Positions 1-9,107 of a DNA stretch of 35,414 nucleotides are shown piece after piece. The DNA comes from Actinomycetes bacterium. GTDB lineage: Bacteria; Actinomycetota; Thermoleophilia; Solirubrobacterales; Solirubrobacteraceae. The stretch is from the NCBI GenBank assembly GCA_023429855.1, contig JAEZDB010000098.1, positions 1 to 35,414 on the forward strand, read 5' to 3'. A program made the translations under genes and the position numbers. How positions within the stretch are numbered: position 1 is the first letter of the stretch; each line of letters begins with the position of its first letter. The notes below the pieces were generated by a model that saw only the letters and a list, made by a program, of their open reading frames with translations, searched no databases and was not told the origin of the DNA.

Positions 1-1
1 G

Positions 2-94
2 GACGGCGGAGATGGCAACCCCGGCGAGAGCGGTGGGGGCGAGTCCAGCGGCTGCGGAGGTGGCGGCGGCTGTGGAGGCGGCGGAGGAGGCTGA
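2..94 (+). CDS. 3' end of a CDS truncated by the window edge; Gly/Ser/Cys-rich C-terminus, product unknown
   Basis: The frame starting at nt 2 is open from the window edge and reads DGGDGNPGESGGGESSGCGGGGGCGGGGGG, then TGA at 92-94. It ends 40 nt before the stop of the convergent cupredoxin gene, and third positions are mostly C. The frame holding the 12..272 ORF is also open in this GGC-repeat DNA, so the frame choice is uncertain. Confidence 0.25.
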   Translation, partial: DGGDGNPGESGGGESSGCGGGGGCGGGGGG

Positions 95-134
95 GCCGTC
101 CGGCGCGGCGCGCCAGACAGCCGGCCGATTCGGG

Positions 135-698
135 TTACGCGCCGCCGCCGTCGACGACGATGTCGCCGCGCATGCCGGCCGAGTAGTGGCCCGGGATGTT
201 GCAGACGATCACGTAATGGCCCGGCTTGAGGTCGAACGTCTTGGTCTTCTCCTTGCCGGGAGCGACGCCTGAGATCTCGCCGATGCTGTTCTTTTCGCTG
301 ACCTTCTTGTTCTTCACCTTGAGGTCGGGCGAGAGCTGGCTCGTGCGCAAGACGACCAGCTCGTGCGGCATCGAGCCGTTGTTGACCAGGGTGATCTTGA
401 GCGGGCCCTTCTTCGTCGTGATCGACGCCGGAGAGAACGTCATGTCCTTCGCCTTGATCTTGATCTTGCCGCTCAACGTGATCGCGGCCGAAGGGTCAGC
501 CGCCGGCGCGTCGTCAGGCACCGGGGAGTCGCTGCCGGGCGTCAGGCCGCCATCCTCGGTGTCTTGCGTCTCGACCGGCGCCGGCGTCGAGGCCGCAGCG
601 CTCTGCGGCGCGTCGGGCGTCGCTTCGTCGTCGGAGCCGCAGCCGCTGACCGTCAGCGCCGCTGCCGCGAGGAATGGGAGCAGAAGTCGATGGGACAC
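135..698 (-). CDS. cupredoxin-family (type 1 blue copper) lipoprotein
   Basis: 187-aa ORF with a GTG start. It has a signal peptide with lipobox LTVSG/C, a Pro/Asp/Ala-rich linker, and a C-terminal cupredoxin domain. The copper-ligand pattern is MPHELVV ... VCNIPGHYSAGM (His ... Cys-x4-His-x4-Met). Confidence 0.85.
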   Translation of the reverse strand: MSHRLLLPFLAAAALTVSGCGSDDEATPDAPQSAAASTPAPVETQDTEDGGLTPGSDSPVPDDAPAADPSAAITLSGKIKIKAKDMTFSPASITTKKGPLKITLVNNGSMPHELVVLRTSQLSPDLKVKNKKVSEKNSIGEISGVAPGKEKTKTFDLKPGHYVIVCNIPGHYSAGMRGDIVVDGGGA

Positions 699-764
699 GA
701 GCGACAGCTTTGCGCGTTTGCCAACCGTGTGCGCCGTCGGCGCCTCGATCGCTTCGGCGCCGCG

Positions 765-1415
765 CTAGTCGCCCTGACGGATCGCGACGTTGAAGTTCAC
801 GCCGCCGAGCGGCTTCATCAGCCGCACCCAGAGCAGCAGGTACGCCTCCTGCGCGCGAGCGCCAGACAGGTCGCCGAGGTCGATCACCGACGCGGGCTTC
901 CACCCGAACTGCTCGAGCAGCAGGCTCGCCGTGGCCTTGGCGGCAGCATCGTTACCGCTGATGAACATCACGTGGTCACCCGGGACCCTCGCCGGGTCGA
1001 CCATCACGGCGTTGTTGACGGTGTTGAGCGTCTTGACGACGCGTGCCTGCGGCACTGCCCGCTGAATCGACTCGCCAAGGCTGTCGTCGTTGCCGACGAA
1101 CAGCTTCAGCCCGTCGCCCGACTGGTCGAGCGGGTTGGTCAGGTCGATCAGCACTTTGCCGGCCAGCTGGTCGGCCGCGGCGGTGACCGCCGCAACGGCG
1201 CCGTGGCCCGCGGTGCAGACGAACACGATCGAGCCGAACGCGGCAGCGTCGGCGAACGTACCGGCGCGCCCCGTCGGCCCGTGGTGTGCCGCCCACGCCG
1301 CCGCTCGCTCGTTGTCGGCCTCGCGCGCGCCGATGCACACCTCGTGCTGCAGCTCGCAGAGCCGCGTCGCGATGGCCTGCCCCACCGTCCCGGTCCCCAG
1401 TACGCCGATCTTCAT
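765..1415 (-). CDS. NAD(P)-binding oxidoreductase, NADPH-dependent F420 reductase (NpdG)-like
   Basis: 216 aa with an ATG start. The N-terminus has a Rossmann motif (MKIGVLGTGTVGQAI). The overall layout, including GNDAAAK ... FGWKP..DLG.L..AR, matches the F420-dependent NADP oxidoreductase family. The exact substrate cannot be determined from sequence. Confidence 0.8.
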   Translation of the reverse strand: MKIGVLGTGTVGQAIATRLCELQHEVCIGAREADNERAAAWAAHHGPTGRAGTFADAAAFGSIVFVCTAGHGAVAAVTAAADQLAGKVLIDLTNPLDQSGDGLKLFVGNDDSLGESIQRAVPQARVVKTLNTVNNAVMVDPARVPGDHVMFISGNDAAAKATASLLLEQFGWKPASVIDLGDLSGARAQEAYLLLWVRLMKPLGGVNFNVAIRQGD

Positions 1416-1621
1416 TGCCCCTCCTGCGGTCGATGCGCCGCTGCCGCCAACCTAGCCGCGTGCCGCTTGGCCTTTCCACCTCCTTGGTCGGCTCGTCGCT
1501 CGGCGTACCCGCGACTTGGGTCGGAGAACGGCCCCAGAAGGTCGCTTTCAGAGCCCAAGTCGCTGGCCGCATCTGGCCGCCTGTTCACCGGTGACCAGTT
1601 CGAGGTCCTAGCCTCGAACGC

Positions 1622-2479
1622 ATGAGCAAAGTTTCGACGGTTCCAGACATCGCGCTGAACGACGGCACCACGATTCCGCAGCTCGGGTTCGGCACATGGC
1701 AGATCAAGCCCGAGGAGACGGCCGAGATCGTCGCCGAGGCGCTCAAGATGGGTTACCGCCACATCGACACCGCCGAGATGTACGGCAACGAAGCGGGCGT
1801 CGGCGAAGGGGTACGCGCCGCCGGGCTCGCCCGCGACGACGTCTACATCACGAGCAAGCTCAACAACGGCTTCCACGAGCCCGACGCCGCAGAGCGCGCG
1901 TTCGAAGACACCCTGAGCGCCCTCGGCTCCGACTACGTCGACCTGTTCCTGATCCACTGGCCGCTGCCGACGCTCTACGGCGGCGACTTCGTGCAGACCT
2001 GGAAGACCCTGGAGCGGTTCAAGGCCGACGGCCGCGCCAGATCGATCGGCGTGTCGAACTTCCAGGTCGCTCACCTCCAGCGGCTGGCCGCTGAGGCCGA
2101 CGTGGTCCCAGCGGTGAACCAGATCGAGCTGCATCCGCTGCTGCTCAACGACGCCGTCCACCAGTACGGCGTGGAGCACGGCATCGTGACCGAGGCCTGG
2201 TCGCCGCTGGCACAGGGCAACATCGTCGACAACCGCGCCATCGCCGCCGTCGCCGAGCGGCACGGCAAGACCGTCCCCCAGGTGGTGCTGCGCTGGCACC
2301 TGCAGCGCGGCCACGTGATCTTCCCCAAGTCGGTCACGCCCGCGCGCGTCGCCGAGAACTTCGCGCTGTTCGACTTCGAGCTCGACGCCCACGACATCGA
2401 GGTGCTCGAGTCGCTCGACCGCGGCGAGTCTGGCCGCACCGGCCCGCACCCCGACACGTTCGCCTACATCCCGAGCTAG
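1622..2479 (+). CDS. aldo/keto reductase (2,5-diketo-D-gluconate reductase-like)
   Basis: 285 aa carrying AKR signatures: GFGTWQ, GYRHIDTAEMYGNE, LIHWP, IGVSNF and NQIELHP. Confidence 0.95.
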   Translation: MSKVSTVPDIALNDGTTIPQLGFGTWQIKPEETAEIVAEALKMGYRHIDTAEMYGNEAGVGEGVRAAGLARDDVYITSKLNNGFHEPDAAERAFEDTLSALGSDYVDLFLIHWPLPTLYGGDFVQTWKTLERFKADGRARSIGVSNFQVAHLQRLAAEADVVPAVNQIELHPLLLNDAVHQYGVEHGIVTEAWSPLAQGNIVDNRAIAAVAERHGKTVPQVVLRWHLQRGHVIFPKSVTPARVAENFALFDFELDAHDIEVLESLDRGESGRTGPHPDTFAYIPS

Positions 2480-2542
2480 CCCTTCGCTTCGGGTCGGCAG
2501 GCCAGGCGACACTGCGCCGTCGCCGCCGGCTCCGATTGGCAG

Positions 2543-2576
2543 GTCCGGGCCGCCACTCCCTCTCGGCGGCCCGGAC
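2543..2576 (+). terminator. GC-rich hairpin downstream of the aldo/keto reductase (candidate terminator, no U-tract)
   Basis: Perfect 12-bp stem gtccgggccgcc (2543-2554) / ggcggcccggac (2565-2576) with a 10-nt loop, 64 nt after the stop at 2479. Confidence 0.4.
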
Positions 2577-2712
2577 TCGCCGCGCCCCACCTCGCGCCGT
2601 GTCGCCTCCGTGACACACCGAGCGTCTCGGCGCGCATAGAGCAGACAGGCCTCCGCGAGCAGGATCGGTCTCACCCGATCCGCCAGCCCGCGATCACCAC
2701 GAGGACCAGCTC

Positions 2713-3516
2713 ATGCCCACCGCCACCGATCCCAGCTTCGCCCGCCGCAGCTGGCGCTTGCGCGGCAAGACGCTCCTGGCAGCCTGCGTGGCCGCGGCCG
2801 CCCTCGGCGGCCTGGCCGGCAGCGCGTCAGCCGCCAACACGACGACCACGTGGTACTCGATCGACCAGCAGCCCGCGTCCGCGTCGTCGCCAGCACAGTT
2901 CCTCACGGCAACGTCGACCGGGCAGGTCACCTTGGACCGCTACAAGTCGGGCGAGCCGCGCCAGCAATGGACACCGGTCTACCCCGAGTGGCCTGCGTCA
3001 CCACGAGTTACCTCGAACCACCCGCTCGCGGACTTCTTCGAAACGGTGGCGGACTGCGTCGTGAACTGGGGCTGCCCGTTCAGCGGCAGCGCGGGCGGCA
3101 GCTACTCGGGCTACCCGCGCAAGTTCGTCAACCGCATGTACGCCGCGTGTGTGGCCCTCGTGCCGACCGGCTCGGTCACGACCCGGGTGTCGGTCGAGCG
3201 CTGCAGCCTGGGCAGCAGCGTCGTCAAGCGGCAGCTGCTCTCGTGGGGGTTCTCCAACCACGAGGTTAAGAACGGCGTCCCGCGCAGGTACACCGGGCTC
3301 TTCGGCATGCGCGGCGGGACGCAGGGCCGCTGCCTCGACGCGGCCGGCGGCAGCAACGCCCCGGGCACGAACGCCGCCGCGCTGGCCTGCGGCACGGTGC
3401 AGGGGCAGGACTGGCGTCAGCAGTTCCGGTTCCTGCAGTCGGGCTCGGCTACCTGCAAGCGCAACTACCCGGGCACGCTCTGCGGCCTCGGCGCGCCGGC
3501 CAGCTCGCAGCCGTAG
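2713..3516 (+). CDS. secreted hypothetical protein with Tat-like signal and ricin-B-like (QxW) C-terminal motifs
   Basis: 267 aa; ATG preceded by GAGGA at 2701-2705. The N-terminus reads RRSWRLRGKTLLAACVAAAALGGLAGSASA, a twin-arginine type signal. The protein is Cys-rich and contains RCLDAAGG ... QDWRQQFRF, which resembles a beta-trefoil lectin repeat. The functional call is tentative. Confidence 0.7.
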   Translation: MPTATDPSFARRSWRLRGKTLLAACVAAAALGGLAGSASAANTTTTWYSIDQQPASASSPAQFLTATSTGQVTLDRYKSGEPRQQWTPVYPEWPASPRVTSNHPLADFFETVADCVVNWGCPFSGSAGGSYSGYPRKFVNRMYAACVALVPTGSVTTRVSVERCSLGSSVVKRQLLSWGFSNHEVKNGVPRRYTGLFGMRGGTQGRCLDAAGGSNAPGTNAAALACGTVQGQDWRQQFRFLQSGSATCKRNYPGTLCGLGAPASSQP

Positions 3517-3525
3517 GCGCCTGGG

Positions 3526-3897
3526 TCAGCCCTTGATGCGCGCCATCGACTGGACCGTCCAGGTGTTGCCGTCGGGGTCGATAAAGCCCAGGAAGTCGCC
3601 CCAGGCCAGCTCCTTGACGTCGCCGGTCTCGATGTCGGCCGCGTCGAAGTGCGCCTTGGCCTCCTGAATGTCGTCGACGACGACCTGCAGGCCCTTCACG
3701 CTGCCGGGCTCGGCGTCGGTGAGCCCGCGGCCGAACGCGATCGAGCAGTACGAGCCGGGCGGCGTCATCTGCACGAACCGCACCTCGTCGCTGACGGTGT
3801 GGTCGTGGTCGGTGTTGAACCCGGCGCGCTCGTAGAACGCGCGAGCGGCGTCGACGTCGGTGACGGGGAGGATCACGAGTTCGAGGCGAATGTCCAT
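3526..3897 (-). CDS. VOC family protein (glyoxalase/bleomycin-resistance/dioxygenase superfamily)
   Basis: 123 aa. The protein reads MDIRLELVILPVTDVDAARAFYE.AGF ... GFIDPDGNTW, a typical paired beta-alpha-beta-beta-beta VOC module. Confidence 0.9.
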   Translation of the reverse strand: MDIRLELVILPVTDVDAARAFYERAGFNTDHDHTVSDEVRFVQMTPPGSYCSIAFGRGLTDAEPGSVKGLQVVVDDIQEAKAHFDAADIETGDVKELAWGDFLGFIDPDGNTWTVQSMARIKG

Positions 3898-4023
3898 GGG
3901 GTGCTCCTGCGGAGGGTCGTTGCCTCACCGGAGCTGATCTCCGGTGTCGGCGTCTGACGACACGTTCCCGCGAATAGCGGCCAGGAACTGTCCTAAGGAT
4001 GCGCGCCCTCTGGCGGGAACGGG

Positions 4024-5349
4024 CTACATCGAGTCGGTGATCGGTTCGCCGATGTCGGCGGAGCCGATCCGGCGCATCTTCGGGATCAGCAGGACCAGGC
4101 CGGCCGCGAGGATGCAGAGCCCGCCGGCCGTGATCCAGGCCCAGAAGTAGTCGCCGGTCGTCTCGCGGATCACGCCCGCGTAGCTCGCCGCGACGCCGGC
4201 CCCGACCATGTGGCTCGCGAAGACCCAGCCGAAGACCACGCCGGCCTTCTCCACGCCGAAGTGCTCGCGGCAGAGCGCGACGGTCGGCGGGACGGTCGCG
4301 ACCCAGTCCAGGCCGTAGAAGACGATGAAGAGGAACAGGCTCGGCTCCACGCCCGGCCCGAGCAGCGACGAGACGACGAGCAGCGACAGCCCGCGCAGCA
4401 GGTAGTAGGCGAAGAGCAGGTAGCGGCTGTCGACGCGATCGGTAAGCCAGCCGCTGGCGACGGTGCCCGCGATGTCGAACACGCCGATCAGCGCGAGCAG
4501 GCCAGCCGCGGTCTCTGCTGGCATGCCGTGGTCGTGGGCTGCGGGAATGAAGTGGGTCCCGATCAGGCCGTTCGTCGACCAGCCGCAGACCCAGAAGGTG
4601 GCGAAGAGGATCCAGAAGACGCGCGTCTTCGACGCGTCGTGCAGCGCGTCGGTCGCGATCTTCGCCGCGCTGGTGCCCGGCGGCGGTGGAGGTGGCGGCA
4701 CCCAGCCAGGCGGCGCGCCGTAGGGCGCCGTGTTCACGTCTTCGGGGCCGTCGCGCAGGACCAGCCACACGAGCGGTGCCAGCAGCAGCGCGAAGACGGT
4801 CACGGTCGCCGCCGCCCACCGCCACCCCGGTCCGGCGGCGAGGTGCGCGATCGCGGGCAAGAAGATCAGCTGCCCGGTGGAGCTCGCCGCGGAGAACACG
4901 CCCACGACGAGGCCGCGCCGTGCGACGAACCACCGGTTGGCGACCACCGCGCCGAACACGAGCGCGAGCGCACCGGTCCCGATGCCGACGGCGAACCCCC
5001 AAAGCAGCCACAGCTGCCACGCCTGCGTCATCACGAGCGTGAGGCCTGATCCCGCGGCCACCAGCAGCAGCGCCGCCGGCACGACCCGCCGGATCCCGAA
5101 GCGCTCCATCAGCGCTGCCGCGAACGGGGCTGCCAGGCCATAGATGACGAGGTTCAGCGTGACGGCGCCGCTGGTCGTCGCGCGCGACCAGCCGAACTCG
5201 TCTTCGAGCGGCTCCAGCAGCGCTCCGGTCGACGAACGGAAGGCTGCCGCGGCGACGAGCGCCCCCATCGTCACGGCAGCGACGAGCCAGGCACGGTGGA
5301 GACGCCGCGCGCCCGGCGGCGTCGGCGGTGTGTGCAGGGCGGTGGCCAC
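4024..5349 (-). CDS. MFS transporter
   Basis: 441 aa with a GTG start and about 12 hydrophobic segments. There is a central Pro-rich cytoplasmic loop ([13 protein letters not shown]). The MFS-type motif ERFGIRR follows TM2. Confidence 0.9.
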   Translation of the reverse strand: MATALHTPPTPPGARRLHRAWLVAAVTMGALVAAAAFRSSTGALLEPLEDEFGWSRATTSGAVTLNLVIYGLAAPFAAALMERFGIRRVVPAALLLVAAGSGLTLVMTQAWQLWLLWGFAVGIGTGALALVFGAVVANRWFVARRGLVVGVFSAASSTGQLIFLPAIAHLAAGPGWRWAAATVTVFALLLAPLVWLVLRDGPEDVNTAPYGAPPGWVPPPPPPPGTSAAKIATDALHDASKTRVFWILFATFWVCGWSTNGLIGTHFIPAAHDHGMPAETAAGLLALIGVFDIAGTVASGWLTDRVDSRYLLFAYYLLRGLSLLVVSSLLGPGVEPSLFLFIVFYGLDWVATVPPTVALCREHFGVEKAGVVFGWVFASHMVGAGVAASYAGVIRETTGDYFWAWITAGGLCILAAGLVLLIPKMRRIGSADIGEPITDSM

Positions 5350-5400
5350 GCGACCAGCCTAGGAGGGCCGCCTCCGCCGCCTCTGGCATCCTCCGCCGCG

Positions 5401-6078
5401 ATGGCCGCCCGCCCCCTCAGCGAGATCATCGACCCCGGCTGGGCGCAGGCGCTCGCGCCGGTCGAGCCGCAGATCAACGCCATGGGCGACTTCCTCCGGG
5501 CCGAGCAGGCGGCCGGCCGAAGCTTCCTGCCGGCAGCCAACCACGTGCTGCGGGCGTTCCAGCGCCCGTTCGCCGACGCCCGCGTGCTGATCGTGGGGCA
5601 GGACCCCTACCCCACGCCTGGGCACGCCGTCGGCCTCTCGTTCTCGGTCGCGCCCGACGTGCGCCCGGTGCCGCGCAGCCTCGCCAACATCTACACCGAG
5701 TACATGCAGGATCTCGGTCTCCCGGGACCGGCCAACGGCGACCTCTCGCCGTGGGCCGACCAAGGCGTCGTGCTGCTGAACCGCTCGCTCACCGTGGCGC
5801 CCGGGCAACCGAACTCGCACCATGGCAAGGGCTGGGAGGCCGTGACCGAGCATGCGATCCGCGCACTCGCCGAGCGCGGCGGGCCGCTCGTCGCGATCCT
5901 GTGGGGCAGCAACGCGCGCAGCCTCAAGCCGCTGCTCGGCGGGGCGCCCTGCATCGAGTCACCGCACCCAAGCCCCTTGTCGGCGCACCGCGGGTTCTTC
6001 GGGTCGCGGCCGTTCAGCCGGGCCAACGCGCTGCTGGCGGAGCAGGGCTCGCCGCCGGTCGACTGGCGCCTGCCCTAG
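5401..6078 (+). CDS. ung: uracil-DNA glycosylase (family 1)
   Basis: The ORF track opens at 5296, but the homologous part starts at ATG 5401 ([14 protein letters not shown]...). Family 1 UDG motifs are present: [22 protein letters not shown] and the C-terminal HPSPLSA. Confidence 0.93.
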   Translation: MAARPLSEIIDPGWAQALAPVEPQINAMGDFLRAEQAAGRSFLPAANHVLRAFQRPFADARVLIVGQDPYPTPGHAVGLSFSVAPDVRPVPRSLANIYTEYMQDLGLPGPANGDLSPWADQGVVLLNRSLTVAPGQPNSHHGKGWEAVTEHAIRALAERGGPLVAILWGSNARSLKPLLGGAPCIESPHPSPLSAHRGFFGSRPFSRANALLAEQGSPPVDWRLP

Positions 6079-6653
6079 CGCTCCGCGGAGTCGCTGTCGG
6101 CGCGGCTGCTCAGCCCGAGGTTGGCCGCGCCGAGCATCAGCCGCGCGAGCCCGACGACGGCGCCGAGCCCTACGATCATCTGCAGCGTCACGATCAGCCG
6201 CGTGGGCTCGGTCCGCGCGGTGATGTCGCCGAAGCCGACGGTCGCGAACGTCGTCGTCGCGAAGTACGCGGCGTCGATGCGCGTCAGCGGCTCGGAGAAG
6301 CCGGCCGGATCGGCCTCGGAGATACACAGGTAGGTGTAGGCAAAGAGCAGGATCAGCGTCGGGACGACGAGCAGCAGCGCTTCGATCGCGCGCAGTCGCG
6401 GGTACTCGGCGTGGACGATCTTCCGCACCTGCCGCGCCACCAGCACGAAGAACGCGACGAGTCCGCACAGCATCAGCACGAGCTCGTTGGCGCGCGACGC
6501 ACCGGCAACCGGCACGACCGAGTAGATCCCGATCAGGCCGACCAGCGTCACGACGACCCGGACCACCGTGCGCCGCACCGCGCCGGTGCGAACGCCGCCG
6601 GCGGTCAGCGCGTCGCGGATCGGCTCGCGCGGGGTTGGGGTCGGGTCCGACAT
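6075..6653 (-). CDS. potassium channel family protein (Ion_trans_2 pore domain)
   Basis: 192 aa with four hydrophobic segments. The pore helix plus selectivity filter reads [13 protein letters not shown]. Confidence 0.9.
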   Translation of the reverse strand: MSDPTPTPREPIRDALTAGGVRTGAVRRTVVRVVVTLVGLIGIYSVVPVAGASRANELVLMLCGLVAFFVLVARQVRKIVHAEYPRLRAIEALLLVVPTLILLFAYTYLCISEADPAGFSEPLTRIDAAYFATTTFATVGFGDITARTEPTRLIVTLQMIVGLGAVVGLARLMLGAANLGLSSRADSDSAER

Positions 6654-6739
6654 CGTCGCTAGTTACCGCGCGATCGCCGCGAACCCTGCTCCGGGCGGTG
6701 CTCGCCGGGGGATTCGGGTGCTTGCACCCGCGAGGCGGC

Positions 6740-7072
6740 TCAGCCGATTTCGAGGCTGGCGACCTTGCCGCCGGCCAGGCGGAACGACCATGTGCCTGAG
6801 CTGGAGTCGCCCTCGGCGGGCGTGATCTCGAGCAGGACGAGGATCTCGCCGGCGATCCGGCTGACGCCCGTCACCCGCAGCTTGACCTTCGCGCCGGTGT
6901 TCTCGGCCTTGTCCCACTTGGCGATCTCGCCGCGGCCCGTGTGGACCTGGCCCCAGTCGTTGACGGCGCCGCTTTTGGCAAACGCGTCGACGAAGCCGCG
7001 GTGGTCGCCGCGGTTGGTGGCCTCGATCACGGCCTTGATCGGCGGATCGAGCTTGGGTGCGTCGTTGGCCAT
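6740..7072 (-). CDS. NTF2-fold / SnoaL-like small protein
   Basis: 110 aa with high GC3. The pattern VIEATNRGDHRGFVDAF...GAV ND is typical of SnoaL/NTF2-like proteins. Assigned by pattern only. Confidence 0.7.
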   Translation of the reverse strand: MANDAPKLDPPIKAVIEATNRGDHRGFVDAFAKSGAVNDWGQVHTGRGEIAKWDKAENTGAKVKLRVTGVSRIAGEILVLLEITPAEGDSSSGTWSFRLAGGKVASLEIG

Positions 7073-7118
7073 GCGCCGGAAAGCATGTCAGCCGGGGCCT
7101 GCTGACGCGGTACGGGTC

Positions 7119-8243
7119 TTAGGTCGTGAGGCGCGCGGCGAAGAGCGGCGCGGGCACGTCGGGGTCGTCGGCATCGGAGACGAGCAGCAGGTCGATCGAG
7201 CCGAGCGTGGGGTTGTAGCGGCCGTCGATCCCCTCGAGCTTGATCGAGCGGTCGGCGAGCGGCGTGATCGACAGCAGCGTGCCGTCGGCCGCAATCACGC
7301 CGACGGCTGAGCCGGCGATCACGTTCGCCACCGGCGAGCCGTCGGGGCCTTCGCCAGCAGCGGTGAACACGAGCCGCCCCTCGGGGTCGCCGGTCACGGC
7401 GTCGAGGTCGGTGAAGTCGATCTTCACGTCGAACCGTTCGCCGTCATGCTCGATCGGCAGGTGGCCCAGCTCGTAGCGGGCGGTGCCTTCGAGCTCGAGC
7501 CCGCCGACCGACAAATCGGTGTAGATCGACTCCAGGACCTCGCCGAGGTCGAGATGGATCAGCAGGTTCGCCGCCGGCTGGCCGTCTGGGTCGATCGAGT
7601 TGCCGCGCTGCGCGAGCACCAAACGCGAGCCGTAGACCGCCATCCCTTCGATGTTCAGGTTGCCGGTGACCGCGTCGCAGTCTTGGAGCGACTCGTGCAG
7701 CGCTTCCAACGAGACCTTCGCCGGCAGGCCGGAGATCTTGCCGTGGGCGTCGAGCGAGTACACGACGCAGGTCGAGCGCCGGAAGCCGCTCCAGCTCATG
7801 CCGCCCGAGCCAGCGAGCATCAGCAGGCCGTTGGGGAAGCGGCGCAGGATCTCGTCGCGGGCCGGGTGCGCCAGCGCCTCGATGTGCTCCGGCAGCACCA
7901 GGGTGAGCGCCTCGAAGTCGGCCTTCGCCGAGGCTCGCTGCTTGCGATCGAGCGGCAGCACGTCGGGGATGATCCGCTCGGAGCGCCCCGGCTGCAGCAG
8001 CTCGGCGTCAGCGCCGCGGCGCAGCGCCTCGAGGACGGCGACGGGGTCGAGCGTGAACTCCGCCACGCTGGCCTGGTCGTCGCCGACGGAGTAGAGCCGG
8101 TCGCCCGACCACGCCGTGCCCGACGCGGCCGAGAGGAACGGCGGCTCGCCCGGCGCGGGGTTCACGACGCGGTGCTCGCCGAGCCGGATCACCGGCAGCG
8201 GCTCCGCAGACATCGGCACGGCGGCAGCAGGCTCGGTCGGCAT
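7119..8243 (-). CDS. hypothetical protein (possibly phytase-like/beta-propeller-like fold)
   Basis: 374 aa with consistent GC3 and no signal peptide. I cannot name the family. An alternative start exists at Met11. Confidence 0.7.
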   Translation of the reverse strand: MPTEPAAAVPMSAEPLPVIRLGEHRVVNPAPGEPPFLSAASGTAWSGDRLYSVGDDQASVAEFTLDPVAVLEALRRGADAELLQPGRSERIIPDVLPLDRKQRASAKADFEALTLVLPEHIEALAHPARDEILRRFPNGLLMLAGSGGMSWSGFRRSTCVVYSLDAHGKISGLPAKVSLEALHESLQDCDAVTGNLNIEGMAVYGSRLVLAQRGNSIDPDGQPAANLLIHLDLGEVLESIYTDLSVGGLELEGTARYELGHLPIEHDGERFDVKIDFTDLDAVTGDPEGRLVFTAAGEGPDGSPVANVIAGSAVGVIAADGTLLSITPLADRSIKLEGIDGRYNPTLGSIDLLLVSDADDPDVPAPLFAARLTT

Positions 8244-8295
8244 AGCGCGACCGTACCCGCTCCGCGGGCGCCTCAGGGCCGCCTGCCCTGACCGG

Positions 8296-9066
8296 CTACT
8301 TCGCGCGGAAGAGGAGCCGGTCGCCGTCCTTGGCCAGCGACAGCTCGCCCTCGCCTGAGAATCCCGCGGCGACCTTGCCGGCGAGCACCTTCAGGAAGAA
8401 CCGCTCGAGCGTCATGACGCTCGGTTCGCAGGCCATCTGCGTCGTCAGGATCGGCCCGAAGGTGACGAAGCCGTCGGCGAAGGTCGCTTCGCCGCCGCCG
8501 CCGTTGCAGCCGCCGAACAGTCTGGCTTCGCCGCGGTCGTTGAGCTCGAGCGTCGGCGCCTTCGCGGCGGGCACGGGGATCGCGGCGGCGCCGCGAGGCT
8601 CGGCCTCGATCAGCGTCCACTTGGTTCCGACGACCGCGGGGAGCTTCGACGCCCTCGCCTGGGTGAACACGATCTTCACCCCACGGCCTTGGAGCGTGAG
8701 CGTGTGCTCGAGCAGCGTCGCTTTCGCGCCCGTCGAGAGGAACCCGGCGAACCACCGCTCCTGCGCGTCGACCCGATCGCCGCACGCCATCTGCGTCTGC
8801 GCCTGCTGCCCTTGTTTGAGCACGTTCTTCACGACGGTGTACGGCCCCGCAATCGTGTTGCAGCCCGCGTTCGCAGCCAGCCGTCCGCCCTCGAAGTCGA
8901 GCCTGAGCTGCGTCTTCGGCGCAAGCGTGTAGCCCTCGACGCTCGCCGACGCAAACGTCTGCCCGTCGAGCGCCTGCTGCGTCACGGGCGTGGGTTCGTC
9001 GCCGCAGCCGGCGACGGCCACACCGAGGGCAGCGGTGACCAGGACAAGGGCGGCGGCGCGAAGCAT
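8296..9066 (-). CDS. META-domain (HslJ-like) lipoprotein, two META repeats
   Basis: The real start is inside the 534-aa track ORF: MLRAAALVLVTAALGVAVAG/CGDE (signal plus lipobox). Two repeats contain GCN..(A/G)G ... T.MAC, typical of META domains. The upstream part of the track ORF overlaps the desaturase gene out of frame. Confidence 0.85.
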   Translation of the reverse strand: MLRAAALVLVTAALGVAVAGCGDEPTPVTQQALDGQTFASASVEGYTLAPKTQLRLDFEGGRLAANAGCNTIAGPYTVVKNVLKQGQQAQTQMACGDRVDAQERWFAGFLSTGAKATLLEHTLTLQGRGVKIVFTQARASKLPAVVGTKWTLIEAEPRGAAAIPVPAAKAPTLELNDRGEARLFGGCNGGGGEATFADGFVTFGPILTTQMACEPSVMTLERFFLKVLAGKVAAGFSGEGELSLAKDGDRLLFRAK

Positions 9067-9107
9067 CGGGGCGATCCTCCCACGGCCGGCCGGCGCGCTG
9101 AGAACGC

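Noticed and set aside
1-134. Minus-strand Pro-rich reading (QPPPPPPQPPPPPQPLDSPPP...) at the left edge.
   Set aside because: No in-frame ATG, GTG or TTG start exists between the cupredoxin stop (135) and this stretch, so it cannot be an independent minus-strand gene.
363-2674. Two 420-aa ORFs (363-1625 on the plus strand, 1412-2674 on the minus strand).
   Set aside because: They run antisense or out of frame to the well-supported reductase (765-1415) and aldo/keto reductase (1622-2479). Their composition is Arg/Asp-rich with no recognisable domains.
3449-5389. 646-aa minus-strand ORF, plus the overlapping plus-strand ORFs at 4210-5049 and 4686-5042.
   Set aside because: These are extremely Arg/Ala/Gly-rich frame shadows overlapping the real MFS gene (4024-5349) and the VOC gene. 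This is typical of high-GC DNA, and no protein-like motifs are present.
5296-5400. Upstream extension of ung (start at 5296). Similar long upstream extensions appear in the track for 18197-18394, 21520-21738, 22210-22464, 29696-29974 and 17346-17603.
   Set aside because: The extensions are Arg/Pro/Gly-rich and lack homology-like sequence. They overlap divergent neighbours or promoter regions. Internal starts give canonical N-termini or signal peptides.
5328-6662. 444-aa plus-strand ORF spanning ung and the K+ channel gene.
   Set aside because: It is out of frame with ung and antisense to the channel gene, and its composition is Arg-rich low complexity.
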